Positions 8,249-15,427 of a stretch of DNA of 32,000 nucleotides are shown here, one piece after another. The DNA is from Candidatus Saccharimonadota bacterium (GTDB taxonomy: Bacteria > Patescibacteriota > Patescibacteriia > 2-12-FULL-60-25). The notes under the pieces were generated by a model. That model was not told where the DNA came from, did no database searches, and saw only the letters and a list, made by a program, of their open reading frames with translations. Made by a program: the position numbers and the translations under genes. The stretch spans positions 480,001 to 512,000 of the forward strand of contig OY970357.1 in assembly GCA_963718585.1 (NCBI GenBank), in the 5' to 3' direction. Position 1 is the stretch's first letter. The number at the start of each line of letters is the position of its first letter.

Positions 8249-8683
8249 TCACCAATCGAACGGGATCTGCTCGATGGGCAGATTCGAACCCTCCCCTTGC
8301 CGCCACGCCTCCGTCGGAACGTTCAAAACAAACGCGTCACTCTCTGACACGTTTTGAAAGGCGTACGCCACCCCAGGCGGGATGGTGAGCAGCCGATACT
8401 CCTCGTCCGTCGGCGCGAGGAACACCTCCTGCGTCTCCTCCTTCGTCGCGGAACCTTCCCGAAGGTCGCGCAGAACGAAGCGGATCCGACCGTGAGGCAC
8501 GGCCATGTTTCCGGTATTCGTCGTGTGCAATTTCCACCCTTTGATCACCCCCGGGGCGACCTGGGAGACGTATGTCTCACCGAATGAGGAAAAATACGGA
8601 TCGTCAGACCGGAGAACGCGATAGACCGCCCCACGATCGTCGCGGGCGATCTTGAGCGGCGTGATCGCGACCCCCTCGATCAT
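8249..8683 (-). CDS. RmlC-like cupin (sugar-nucleotide 3,5-epimerase-like), 144 aa
   Basis: MIEGVAITPLKIARDDRGAVYRVL...IKGWKLHTT...GRIRFVLRDLR...PPGVAYAF follows the RmlC/dTDP-sugar-isomerase pattern. Its ATG 8681-8683 lies 2 nt after the stop of the dehydratase gene. Confidence 0.7.
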   Translation of the reverse strand: MIEGVAITPLKIARDDRGAVYRVLRSDDPYFSSFGETYVSQVAPGVIKGWKLHTTNTGNMAVPHGRIRFVLRDLREGSATKEETQEVFLAPTDEEYRLLTIPPGVAYAFQNVSESDAFVLNVPTEAWRQGEGSNLPIEQIPFDW

Positions 8684-8685
8684 AC

Positions 8686-9729
8686 TCAGGACAATTGCGC
8701 GTCGCTCAATCCGGTCTCCGCAGCCTGCTTCTTCTTGAAGTAGTTCCGATACCACGCAACCGTCTCGGCCAATCCTTCATCCAACGTATATTGCGGTTTC
8801 CAGCCAAGCAGCTTCAAAGCCTTTTCACTCGACAATGTCTGTTCATGGATCTCCGCCTTTGCCTGATTGAGGATCTTCGGTTTGAGATCCGACCCCATCG
8901 CCTTGAGGATCGCATCCACGATCTTGATCACGTCCATGCCGTTTCCGGTCGAGAAGTTGAATGCCTGACCCACGATCTCCGGACGATCCATATTCTCCGC
9001 GAACGTCAGATACGCATTGGCCGCATCCCGGACGTAGAAATAGTCACGGATGAATTTTCCATCGCTACGGATCAGCGGTTCTTCATCGTGGATGATGTGC
9101 TTGATCGTCTCCGGCACGACGCGCTGCCAGTTGAGATCGCCCGGTCCATACAAATTCCCACAGCGCGTGACCCCCACCGGAAGCTTGTAGGTGTTGTAGT
9201 ACATCTGTGCGATGAGGTCGGTGCAGGATTTGGAAACATCGTACGGATGCGTGCCCTTGAGCGGCGCCTCTTCGGTGTACGGGAGCACGGGCTGAGGACC
9301 GTAGGCTTTGTCGGATGATGCGACGAGAACGCGGGTGATGAGCGGCGAGACGCGCGCGGCCTCGAGGACGTTGCACGTGCCCATGATGTTCGCGCGGAGT
9401 GTCGGGAGCGGAGCGCGATTGCCGACCGGCGCGATCGGCTGAGCGCCGACGTGGAATACCGTATCCACCTCGTATTCGTTCAACGCACGATACATGGTGA
9501 AATAATTCTCGAAATCACCATGCACGATGTTGATCGACTTGATGGCCGGCGTCTCGAAGAGACGGCTTGATGGCACATGATCGCGCTTGAGGACGGTCAC
9601 GCGCGCACCAGCCTCGTGCAGCATCTCAGCGATGTGCGATCCGAGGAGTCCGAAGGCGCCGGTGACGAAGACGCTGCGGTTGTTCCAGAACTTCTTCCGT
9701 TCCGGAGTCAGGAGGGATTTGGTGGCCAT
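8686..9729 (-). CDS. rfbG: NAD-dependent sugar-nucleotide 4,6-dehydratase, CDP-glucose 4,6-dehydratase-like (347 aa)
   Basis: KKFWNNRSVFVTGAFGLLGSHIAEML (FWxxxxVFVTG, as in RfbG). Also FHVGAQP, SSDKAYG, and PYDVSKSCTDL (YxxxK). It shares the island with rfbF. I start at internal ATG 9727-9729; the 121-codon upstream extension overlaps the next gene and is Arg/Ser-rich junk. Confidence 0.7.
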   Translation of the reverse strand: MATKSLLTPERKKFWNNRSVFVTGAFGLLGSHIAEMLHEAGARVTVLKRDHVPSSRLFETPAIKSINIVHGDFENYFTMYRALNEYEVDTVFHVGAQPIAPVGNRAPLPTLRANIMGTCNVLEAARVSPLITRVLVASSDKAYGPQPVLPYTEEAPLKGTHPYDVSKSCTDLIAQMYYNTYKLPVGVTRCGNLYGPGDLNWQRVVPETIKHIIHDEEPLIRSDGKFIRDYFYVRDAANAYLTFAENMDRPEIVGQAFNFSTGNGMDVIKIVDAILKAMGSDLKPKILNQAKAEIHEQTLSSEKALKLLGWKPQYTLDEGLAETVAWYRNYFKKKQAAETGLSDAQLS

Positions 9730-9777
9730 ATCTAGGTTCAAAACGTTGCCATGGAACTCTGAGACCGTCAACCGAGC

Positions 9778-9811
9778 AAAAAACACCCTCCCCGGACGAC
9801 CGAAGAGGGTG
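9778..9811 (-). terminator. Rho-independent terminator after the DUF218-like gene
   Basis: The minus strand reads CACCCTCTTCGG-TCGT-CCGGGGAGGGTG followed by TTTTTT. That gives a 12-bp stem (two G.U pairs) with a TCGT loop, 28 nt downstream of the stop at 9839. Confidence 0.65.
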
Positions 9812-9838
9812 AAGGGATGATCGGGAACCCCGAGGGAC

Positions 9839-10606
9839 TCACCCGATCTGGAAGTACTCGACCGCCTCCTGCGGGCGGAGATCGAGACACGTGCGGATGC
9901 ACGTCTCGCGCCAACCCATCCGGATCTTTTGGACCTCTGAAGACAGATCGATGCCCATGTTCCGCCCGATGCACTTGTGCAGGTCCGGTGAGAAACACAG
10001 GTCCGCGAATCGCACATCCGTCCCGAGCCACTGGACCTCCTCCCACCTTCCGAATGGCATGGGAATGAAGTGAGGACGGATGCCCGCATCACGGCATCCG
10101 TATCCGACGGTCGTGAGGTAGCGGGGCATGTGATAGAGCGGAGCGACCATGACGACCTGCTTCGCGTCGATCGCCTTGAGCCATGCCGGGATCAACTTCC
10201 CTTGATCCCCGGTATTATCACTGACGCCGTCGACGCTGATGCTCACAAATAACACGGACCGGTCATCGAGACGATCACCAACGAATTGCGCGAGCTGTAT
10301 CGCGGTCATTTCCCCGCAGGATGGCCGTTTGGCTCTTCGGCCGCTCACAAGGAGATCGACCTTCGTTTTCGTATCGACGTGCTGGCTCAAGAGCGACGTC
10401 ACCGGACCGAGTCCGCCGAAGCCCCCGGCATTGGTCCACGCGATCGCCCGAACGCCATCCATGGACCAACGCGGCACATGGACGTCCGTCGCCCAGACGA
10501 GGAATCTCAGGAACGCATCGGCGTCCACATCTGCTTCTTCGCACATGGCGCGGACATGCTCTTTGTACGGCGAGATGGCCGCATGAAAGGACGGATTTAC
10601 GATCAA
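9839..10606 (-). CDS. DUF218/YdcF-like (SanA/ElyC family) protein, 255 aa
   Basis: DLLVSGRR...GEMTAIQLAQFV...SDNTGDQG...QVVMVAPLYHMPRYL matches the YdcF-type pattern (SGG...E...S.NT.EN...VTS.yHm.R). I place the start at TTG 10604-10606, which has a perfect AGGAGG (10613-10618) 6 nt upstream. The ORF track opens at another TTG, 10648. Confidence 0.6.
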   Translation of the reverse strand: MIVNPSFHAAISPYKEHVRAMCEEADVDADAFLRFLVWATDVHVPRWSMDGVRAIAWTNAGGFGGLGPVTSLLSQHVDTKTKVDLLVSGRRAKRPSCGEMTAIQLAQFVGDRLDDRSVLFVSISVDGVSDNTGDQGKLIPAWLKAIDAKQVVMVAPLYHMPRYLTTVGYGCRDAGIRPHFIPMPFGRWEEVQWLGTDVRFADLCFSPDLHKCIGRNMGIDLSSEVQKIRMGWRETCIRTCLDLRPQEAVEYFQIG

Positions 10607-10650
10607 GGCACACCTCCTTTTTTTTGCAGCCTTGAGGAGCTGATTCAATC

Positions 10651-10678
10651 AAAAAAAGACCCGGTCGTCAACCGGATC
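10651..10678 (-). terminator. Rho-independent terminator/attenuator immediately after rfbF
   Basis: The minus strand reads GATCCGGT-TGACG-ACCGGGTC followed by TTTTTTT. This is an 8-bp stem including one G.U pair, and its 5' arm overlaps the rfbF TGA. Confidence 0.5.
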
Positions 10679-11501
10679 AGACCGTTTCCCAGATCCGCCA
10701 TTTAGGATCCGCCCGCCACATTTGTTCCAGATCGTTCTTGTCCTTGGCCGTGTCCATCGAATGCCAGAACCCTTCGTGCGGATACATGGCGATCTTCCGA
10801 TCCGCGGATGCATCGATGAGTGCCTCTTCGATCATCTGATCCTTTTTGCAATAGTTGAGGAAATCCTTATGCAGGACCATGAATCCACCGTTCGTCCAAT
10901 CCGGGAGGAGTGGTTTCTCCGTGAACGAATTCACGATATGGTCTGCATCAGGCACGACGAGGCCGTATTTGGATTTCGGATGGATGCCCGTGATCGTCCC
11001 GGAAATGCCATGTTTCCCCCGTTTGTCGCCATGGAACGTACGAAGCGCCGCGAGATCCACGTCCGCGACGCCATCGCCATAGGTCAGCATGAACTCGTCT
11101 GTATCGATGTACTTCGCCGCGCGCAACAGGCGCTCACCCGTCAGCGTGGAAAGTCCCGTGTCCGCGAACGTGATATTGAAATCATCGCCCGGGTCTTCGA
11201 GCATCGTCGTCTGGTTCGATCCGAGGTCAAGCCGGAAGTCACGCGTCAGATGACGGACGTTGATGAAATAATCCTTGATCTGGTCGCCGCGATAGCCGAG
11301 GCAGAGTATGAAATTCCGGTACCCCTGATGCGCATAGATCTTCATGACGTGCCATAAGATCGGCCGTCCGCCGACCTCCACCATGGGTTTGGGTTTGAAT
11401 TCCGTTTCCTCGCGCATGCGCGTCCCCATGCCGCCACACATGATGACGACGGGAATGGATTGACGGGAGGTGTTCTGCTCCATAAGATGCTGGCCAGTCA
11501 T
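10677..11501 (-). CDS. rfbF: Glucose-1-phosphate cytidylyltransferase (274 aa)
   Basis: VIMCGGMGTRMREETEFKPKPMVEVGGRPILWHVMKIYAHQGYRNFILCLGYRGDQIKDYF and ...GGFMVL...EGFWHSMDTAKDKNDLEQMW are both near-canonical RfbF sequence. Confidence 0.92.
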   Translation of the reverse strand: MTGQHLMEQNTSRQSIPVVIMCGGMGTRMREETEFKPKPMVEVGGRPILWHVMKIYAHQGYRNFILCLGYRGDQIKDYFINVRHLTRDFRLDLGSNQTTMLEDPGDDFNITFADTGLSTLTGERLLRAAKYIDTDEFMLTYGDGVADVDLAALRTFHGDKRGKHGISGTITGIHPKSKYGLVVPDADHIVNSFTEKPLLPDWTNGGFMVLHKDFLNYCKKDQMIEEALIDASADRKIAMYPHEGFWHSMDTAKDKNDLEQMWRADPKWRIWETV

Positions 11502-11510
11502 GACAGGCGC

Positions 11511-11539
11511 ATTCTACGGACCGCTTGCCCGACTGTCAA
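11511..11539 (-). promoter_or_regulatory. Consensus-grade sigma70 promoter for rfbF (TTGACA-17-TAGAAT)
   Basis: On the minus strand the -35 TTGACA is at 11539..11534, followed by a 17-nt spacer and the -10 TAGAAT at 11516..11511. Only 9 nt remain before ATG 11501, so the mRNA is near-leaderless. Confidence 0.6.
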
Positions 11540-11556
11540 ACCGGAAATTACGCGAA

Positions 11557-12441
11557 ATGGACCCAAAAACCGACCATCCGGACATCAGCGTGATCATCGT
11601 GAGCTGGAACGTCCGGGAGCTTCTCCGGGCCAATCTGACGCGACTCTTCTCGCTCAAGACCGATGCGAATATCGAGGTCTTTGTGGTCGACAATTATTCG
11701 CATGACGGCACGGCGTGGATGGTGCGGAAAGAATTTCCCCAGGTCCATCTCATCACGAATGCATGGGATGCAGGATTCGCCGGTCCGAACGACCAGGCGC
11801 TCCGGCTCGCGAAAGGCGACATCTGCATCTTGCTCAATCCGGACATGCTTGTCGATGAAGGCGCGTTCGAGCGCGCCGCCAAGGAGCTCATCCAAGACCG
11901 CGGTATCGGCGTGCTCGGGATCAAACTCATCGGCCAAAACGGAAAACCAGTGAGCAATGTCCGCCGCTTCCCGACCTTCGGTTCCCAACTCGCGATCCTC
12001 CTGAAACTCCAACACCTTTTTCCGAGCCTTGTCGCGCGGTACATGGCAACGGATTTCGATTATGACCGATCACAGGATGTGGATCAGGTCCGCGGATCCT
12101 TCTTCGCCTTTCGACGCGAAATGCTCGAACGCGTGGGCTATCTCGACGATGGCTATCATATCTGGTTCGAAGAAGTCGACTTTTGCAAACGGGTGAAGGC
12201 GAAAGGTTTGCGCGTCCGGTACTGCGCCGACGCACGGGCGCGTGATTACGTCGGAAAAAGTGCGTCGCAGATGTCACGATTGAGCGCTCAACGGATCTTC
12301 ACGGCGAGCATGGTCCGCTATTTCCGCAAATGGCACCCATCCTGGCAGGCGTATACCATCGCCGCTCTGAGACCCATCGCACTTGCGTCAGCCGCAGGAG
12401 CAGACGCCGTCACTTGGATGAAAAATAGGATGTTCGTATGA
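11557..12441 (+). CDS. GT2 glycosyltransferase, WbbL/rhamnosyltransferase-like (294 aa)
   Basis: ISVIIVSWN...VVDNYSHDGT...NAGFAGPNDQA...LLNPDMLVDEG...WFEEVDFCKRVKAKG. I start at internal ATG 11557. Its stop overlaps the next start in an ATGA at 12438-12441. Confidence 0.85.
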   Translation: MDPKTDHPDISVIIVSWNVRELLRANLTRLFSLKTDANIEVFVVDNYSHDGTAWMVRKEFPQVHLITNAWDAGFAGPNDQALRLAKGDICILLNPDMLVDEGAFERAAKELIQDRGIGVLGIKLIGQNGKPVSNVRRFPTFGSQLAILLKLQHLFPSLVARYMATDFDYDRSQDVDQVRGSFFAFRREMLERVGYLDDGYHIWFEEVDFCKRVKAKGLRVRYCADARARDYVGKSASQMSRLSAQRIFTASMVRYFRKWHPSWQAYTIAALRPIALASAAGADAVTWMKNRMFV

Positions 12442-14264
12442 AGGCCGCTCTCCAACTCTCCTGTTACAACGGCGGGCGGTATCTCCCCTATCTTTTCGCT
12501 TCCCTCAAACACCAGACGTTCCGCAACTGGGAATTACACGTCCTCGACAACGCCTCGGATGAGGAGAATGCAACTCTCATCCGATCCGCCGTGGAGAATG
12601 CCGGCTTCCCGATCATCCTTGATCGCGTTGATCAGAACATCGGATTCGCCGGCGCACATGACCGTCTCTTTTCTTCGCGATCTCCAGACGCAGAATACGC
12701 TGTCCTGTTGAATGATGACGCGATCCTTGAAAAAGATTTCCTCGAACGGCTGATCGCCTTTCTTGATTCGCATCCTGCGTGTGCATCTGCATCCGGGACG
12801 ATCCTCCGATGGGACTTCGACAAACGCGACGAACCGGATCAGGGGCGTACGGGCATCGTGGACTCCCTTGGCCTTGCGGTCGGATGGAATGGCTTCGTCA
12901 AAGACGTTGGCGCCGGTCTTCGTTTTTCCGAAGCGAACGCCCCACATACGCCAACAAAGATCTTCGGACCTTCCGGCTGTTTGCCCATCTATCGCGTGTC
13001 CGCTGTTCTTGCAACGAGCCCGGACGGCGCGCTCTTTGATGCCGCCTATGGCTCGTACAAAGAAGATACGGAACTTGCCTATCGTCTCCGTGCCGCTGGA
13101 TCCACATCCATGATCGTTCCAGATGCCGTCGCCTATCATCGTCGATCGTTCCGCGCCGGACAGACGAAACGGGCCGAACATCCGTATGCATACGAGTCGT
13201 TCCGCAATCACCTATGGATGGACCTCGTCCACCTTCCGATCGGTTCGCTCATGACCAACCGCTGTCTCGTCGTCCCGGCGGAATTGGCAAAGATCGCTTA
13301 TTGGAGCGTGAAACGTCCGTCATTCATCGCGCGTCTGTGGCAGGACACGTCCCGACGTTGGGACGACCTCATGCGCCGCCGCACCCATGCGGCACATCTC
13401 CGCGCTCATCGCGGTCGTCTCACTGCGCCCTACCCGAAACCCACGGCAGATATCAACATCGTCATCGTCTCGCATAATGAATTGAGCATTGAAACGCTTC
13501 GATCCGTACAGACCGCACGCGAGCGATTCCGCGGCACGACCGCACTCGTGGTCGTGGACAACGCATCGACCGAATACCGTGCGAATGAACTGATATCTTC
13601 CATCATTCCGGATGCATGGGTCCTCCTCCGCAACGGCGATCACGGATACGGCCGCTCCATGAACATGGGCGCGGACTGGGTGGACGCAAAAGCCTATTTC
13701 ATCCTCAATCCGGACACCTTGCTCGACGATCCGGAGATCCTCAACCGGCTGTGGGCGTATCTTGATTCCCACGCAGACGTCGGACTCGTGGGTCCAAAAC
13801 TGCTGAACTTCTCAGGTGAATTGCAGGACACCTGCCGCCGCTTCCCGGCCTGGTACCAGCCGCTCATCCAGCGCACCTCACTCAAGCAGACCGCGTTCGG
13901 AAAAAGATACCTTTCACATTTTCTCTTGAAAGACGCGGATCGGACACGCGACATGGATGTAGATTGGGTTCAGGGCTCGGCCATGTTCGCGCGCGGCGAC
14001 GTCTGGAAGAAGCTCGGCGGTTTCGATGATCGGTATTGGCTCTACTTCGAAGATATCGATCTTTGTCGACGGGTTTGGCATTCTGGAAAACGCGTGGTCT
14101 GCACCGTGGATACGCAACTGCGTCACGCGCACGGTCGGCAATCTGCGAAGATCCGCAACATGATCATGAATATCCTCAAGACCAAGGAGACGCGCGGTCA
14201 TCTCAACAGCTGGCGGAAATATCTCTGGAAGTGGAAATTCGTCTCACATCCCCGATCACAGTGA
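12438..14264 (+). CDS. Double-module GT2 glycosyltransferase (608 aa, two GT2 domains in tandem)
   Basis: Module 1: LSCYNGGRYLPYLFASLKHQT...VLDNASDEEN...GFAGAHD...LLNDDAILEKDF...YKEDTELAYRLRAAG. Module 2: INIVIVSHN...VVVDNASTEY...GYGRSMN...ILNPDTLLDD...YFEDIDLCRRVWHSG. Confidence 0.85.
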   Translation: MKAALQLSCYNGGRYLPYLFASLKHQTFRNWELHVLDNASDEENATLIRSAVENAGFPIILDRVDQNIGFAGAHDRLFSSRSPDAEYAVLLNDDAILEKDFLERLIAFLDSHPACASASGTILRWDFDKRDEPDQGRTGIVDSLGLAVGWNGFVKDVGAGLRFSEANAPHTPTKIFGPSGCLPIYRVSAVLATSPDGALFDAAYGSYKEDTELAYRLRAAGSTSMIVPDAVAYHRRSFRAGQTKRAEHPYAYESFRNHLWMDLVHLPIGSLMTNRCLVVPAELAKIAYWSVKRPSFIARLWQDTSRRWDDLMRRRTHAAHLRAHRGRLTAPYPKPTADINIVIVSHNELSIETLRSVQTARERFRGTTALVVVDNASTEYRANELISSIIPDAWVLLRNGDHGYGRSMNMGADWVDAKAYFILNPDTLLDDPEILNRLWAYLDSHADVGLVGPKLLNFSGELQDTCRRFPAWYQPLIQRTSLKQTAFGKRYLSHFLLKDADRTRDMDVDWVQGSAMFARGDVWKKLGGFDDRYWLYFEDIDLCRRVWHSGKRVVCTVDTQLRHAHGRQSAKIRNMIMNILKTKETRGHLNSWRKYLWKWKFVSHPRSQ

Positions 14265-14266
14265 AT

Positions 14267-15427
14267 ATGGAACTTCCCCGCGTCGCCATCATCTACCTGA
14301 CGTACAACGGCAAAGATTCGTACGAGGACATCACGCGCGTCTTCACATCACTGACCACACTCGACTATCCGCGCGACCGCGTAGAGATCATTTGCGTTGA
14401 GAATCCGTCCGCGCATGGCGCGAGCTGGCCATTCATCGAAAAAGAGTGGTACCCGCGCGTGGGCGTGGATTTTCCTGCCATTACGATCGAGAAGAACGAG
14501 AAGGATGGCGGATACTCCGGCGCGAATGATGTCGGCGCGCGCATTGCAAAGGAGCACGGGTGCGCGTATGTCTTTTTGCTCAACCAGGACACGGACATCG
14601 ATCCAAAGTTCCTCCGTGCCGCCGTGGAGCGCGCAGAATCCGACCCCAAGATCATGCTGGTCCAGTCATTGCTCCTGCTCGGACAGGACCGGAACCTGGT
14701 CAACTCGGTCGGCAACCGCTATCACTTCCTCGGCTTTGGCTATGCGGGCGGCAACGGTTGGACCGTGGATCAGGCACGGAGCTGGATCGAAACGGAACGG
14801 AAGACGAATCCGGACCTGGAAGTCCCGTACGTGAGCGGCGCCGCGGTACTCGTCCGCCTTTCCATGGTCGACCAGATCGGACTTTTTGATGCGCCGTTCT
14901 ACATGTACCACGAGGATGTGGACGCCACATTCAACGCGCGCATCCATGGATGGAAATCCGTTTTGGAACCTTCAAGCGTCGTGTATCACTACTACGCGTT
15001 CTCCAAGAGCATCAAGAAATTCTACTGGATGGAGCGGAACCGCTTCATGGTGGATCTCACGTATTACAAACTCCTCACTCTGCTCCTCATGGCTCCCGCC
15101 TTCTTCGGGGTGGAATGTGCGAGCATGCTCTTCGCGATCAAGGGTGGCTGGTGGCGCGAAAAAGGCCGTGCATGGGCTTTTTATTGGCGCCCATCGACGT
15201 GGGCGTGGGTCGCAAAGCGCCGATCCCGCGCGATGAAGGAACGCATCATCTCCGATCGGGAATTCTTGAAATGGGCGGACAGCAAGATCCTCTTTCAGGA
15301 ACAGTCACCCGGTGACAGCGACAATGCGTCGCTCAAAAAAGACGTCGGCGGCTCACTGGTCCAGCGCGTCGCCAATCCCCTTCTCACCGCGTACTGGAAA
15401 CTGATCTACACCCTGATCCGCTGGTGA
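14267..15427 (+). CDS. GT2 glycosyltransferase with C-terminal membrane segment (386 aa)
   Basis: VAIIYLTYNGKDS...ICVENPS...GGYSGANDVG...FLLNQDTDIDPKF...MYHEDVDATFNARIHG, with TM LLTLLLMAPAFFGVECASMLFAI. I start at internal ATG 14267, 2 nt after the previous stop. Confidence 0.85.
   Translation: MELPRVAIIYLTYNGKDSYEDITRVFTSLTTLDYPRDRVEIICVENPSAHGASWPFIEKEWYPRVGVDFPAITIEKNEKDGGYSGANDVGARIAKEHGCAYVFLLNQDTDIDPKFLRAAVERAESDPKIMLVQSLLLLGQDRNLVNSVGNRYHFLGFGYAGGNGWTVDQARSWIETERKTNPDLEVPYVSGAAVLVRLSMVDQIGLFDAPFYMYHEDVDATFNARIHGWKSVLEPSSVVYHYYAFSKSIKKFYWMERNRFMVDLTYYKLLTLLLMAPAFFGVECASMLFAIKGGWWREKGRAWAFYWRPSTWAWVAKRRSRAMKERIISDREFLKWADSKILFQEQSPGDSDNASLKKDVGGSLVQRVANPLLTAYWKLIYTLIRW

Noticed and set aside
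9730-10092. 121-codon N-terminal extension of the dehydratase ORF (8686-10092)
   Set aside because: The extension is Ser/Arg/Cys-rich, overlaps the 3' end of the DUF218-like gene, and spans a strong terminator (9778-9811). The conserved FWxxxxVFVTG begins right after internal ATG 9729.
10722-11357. 211-aa plus-strand ORF
   Set aside because: It is antisense to rfbF and has no recognisable motif. It is a shadow ORF.
12534-13211. 225-aa minus-strand ORF
   Set aside because: It is antisense to module 1 of the double GT2 gene and has no motif. It is a shadow ORF.
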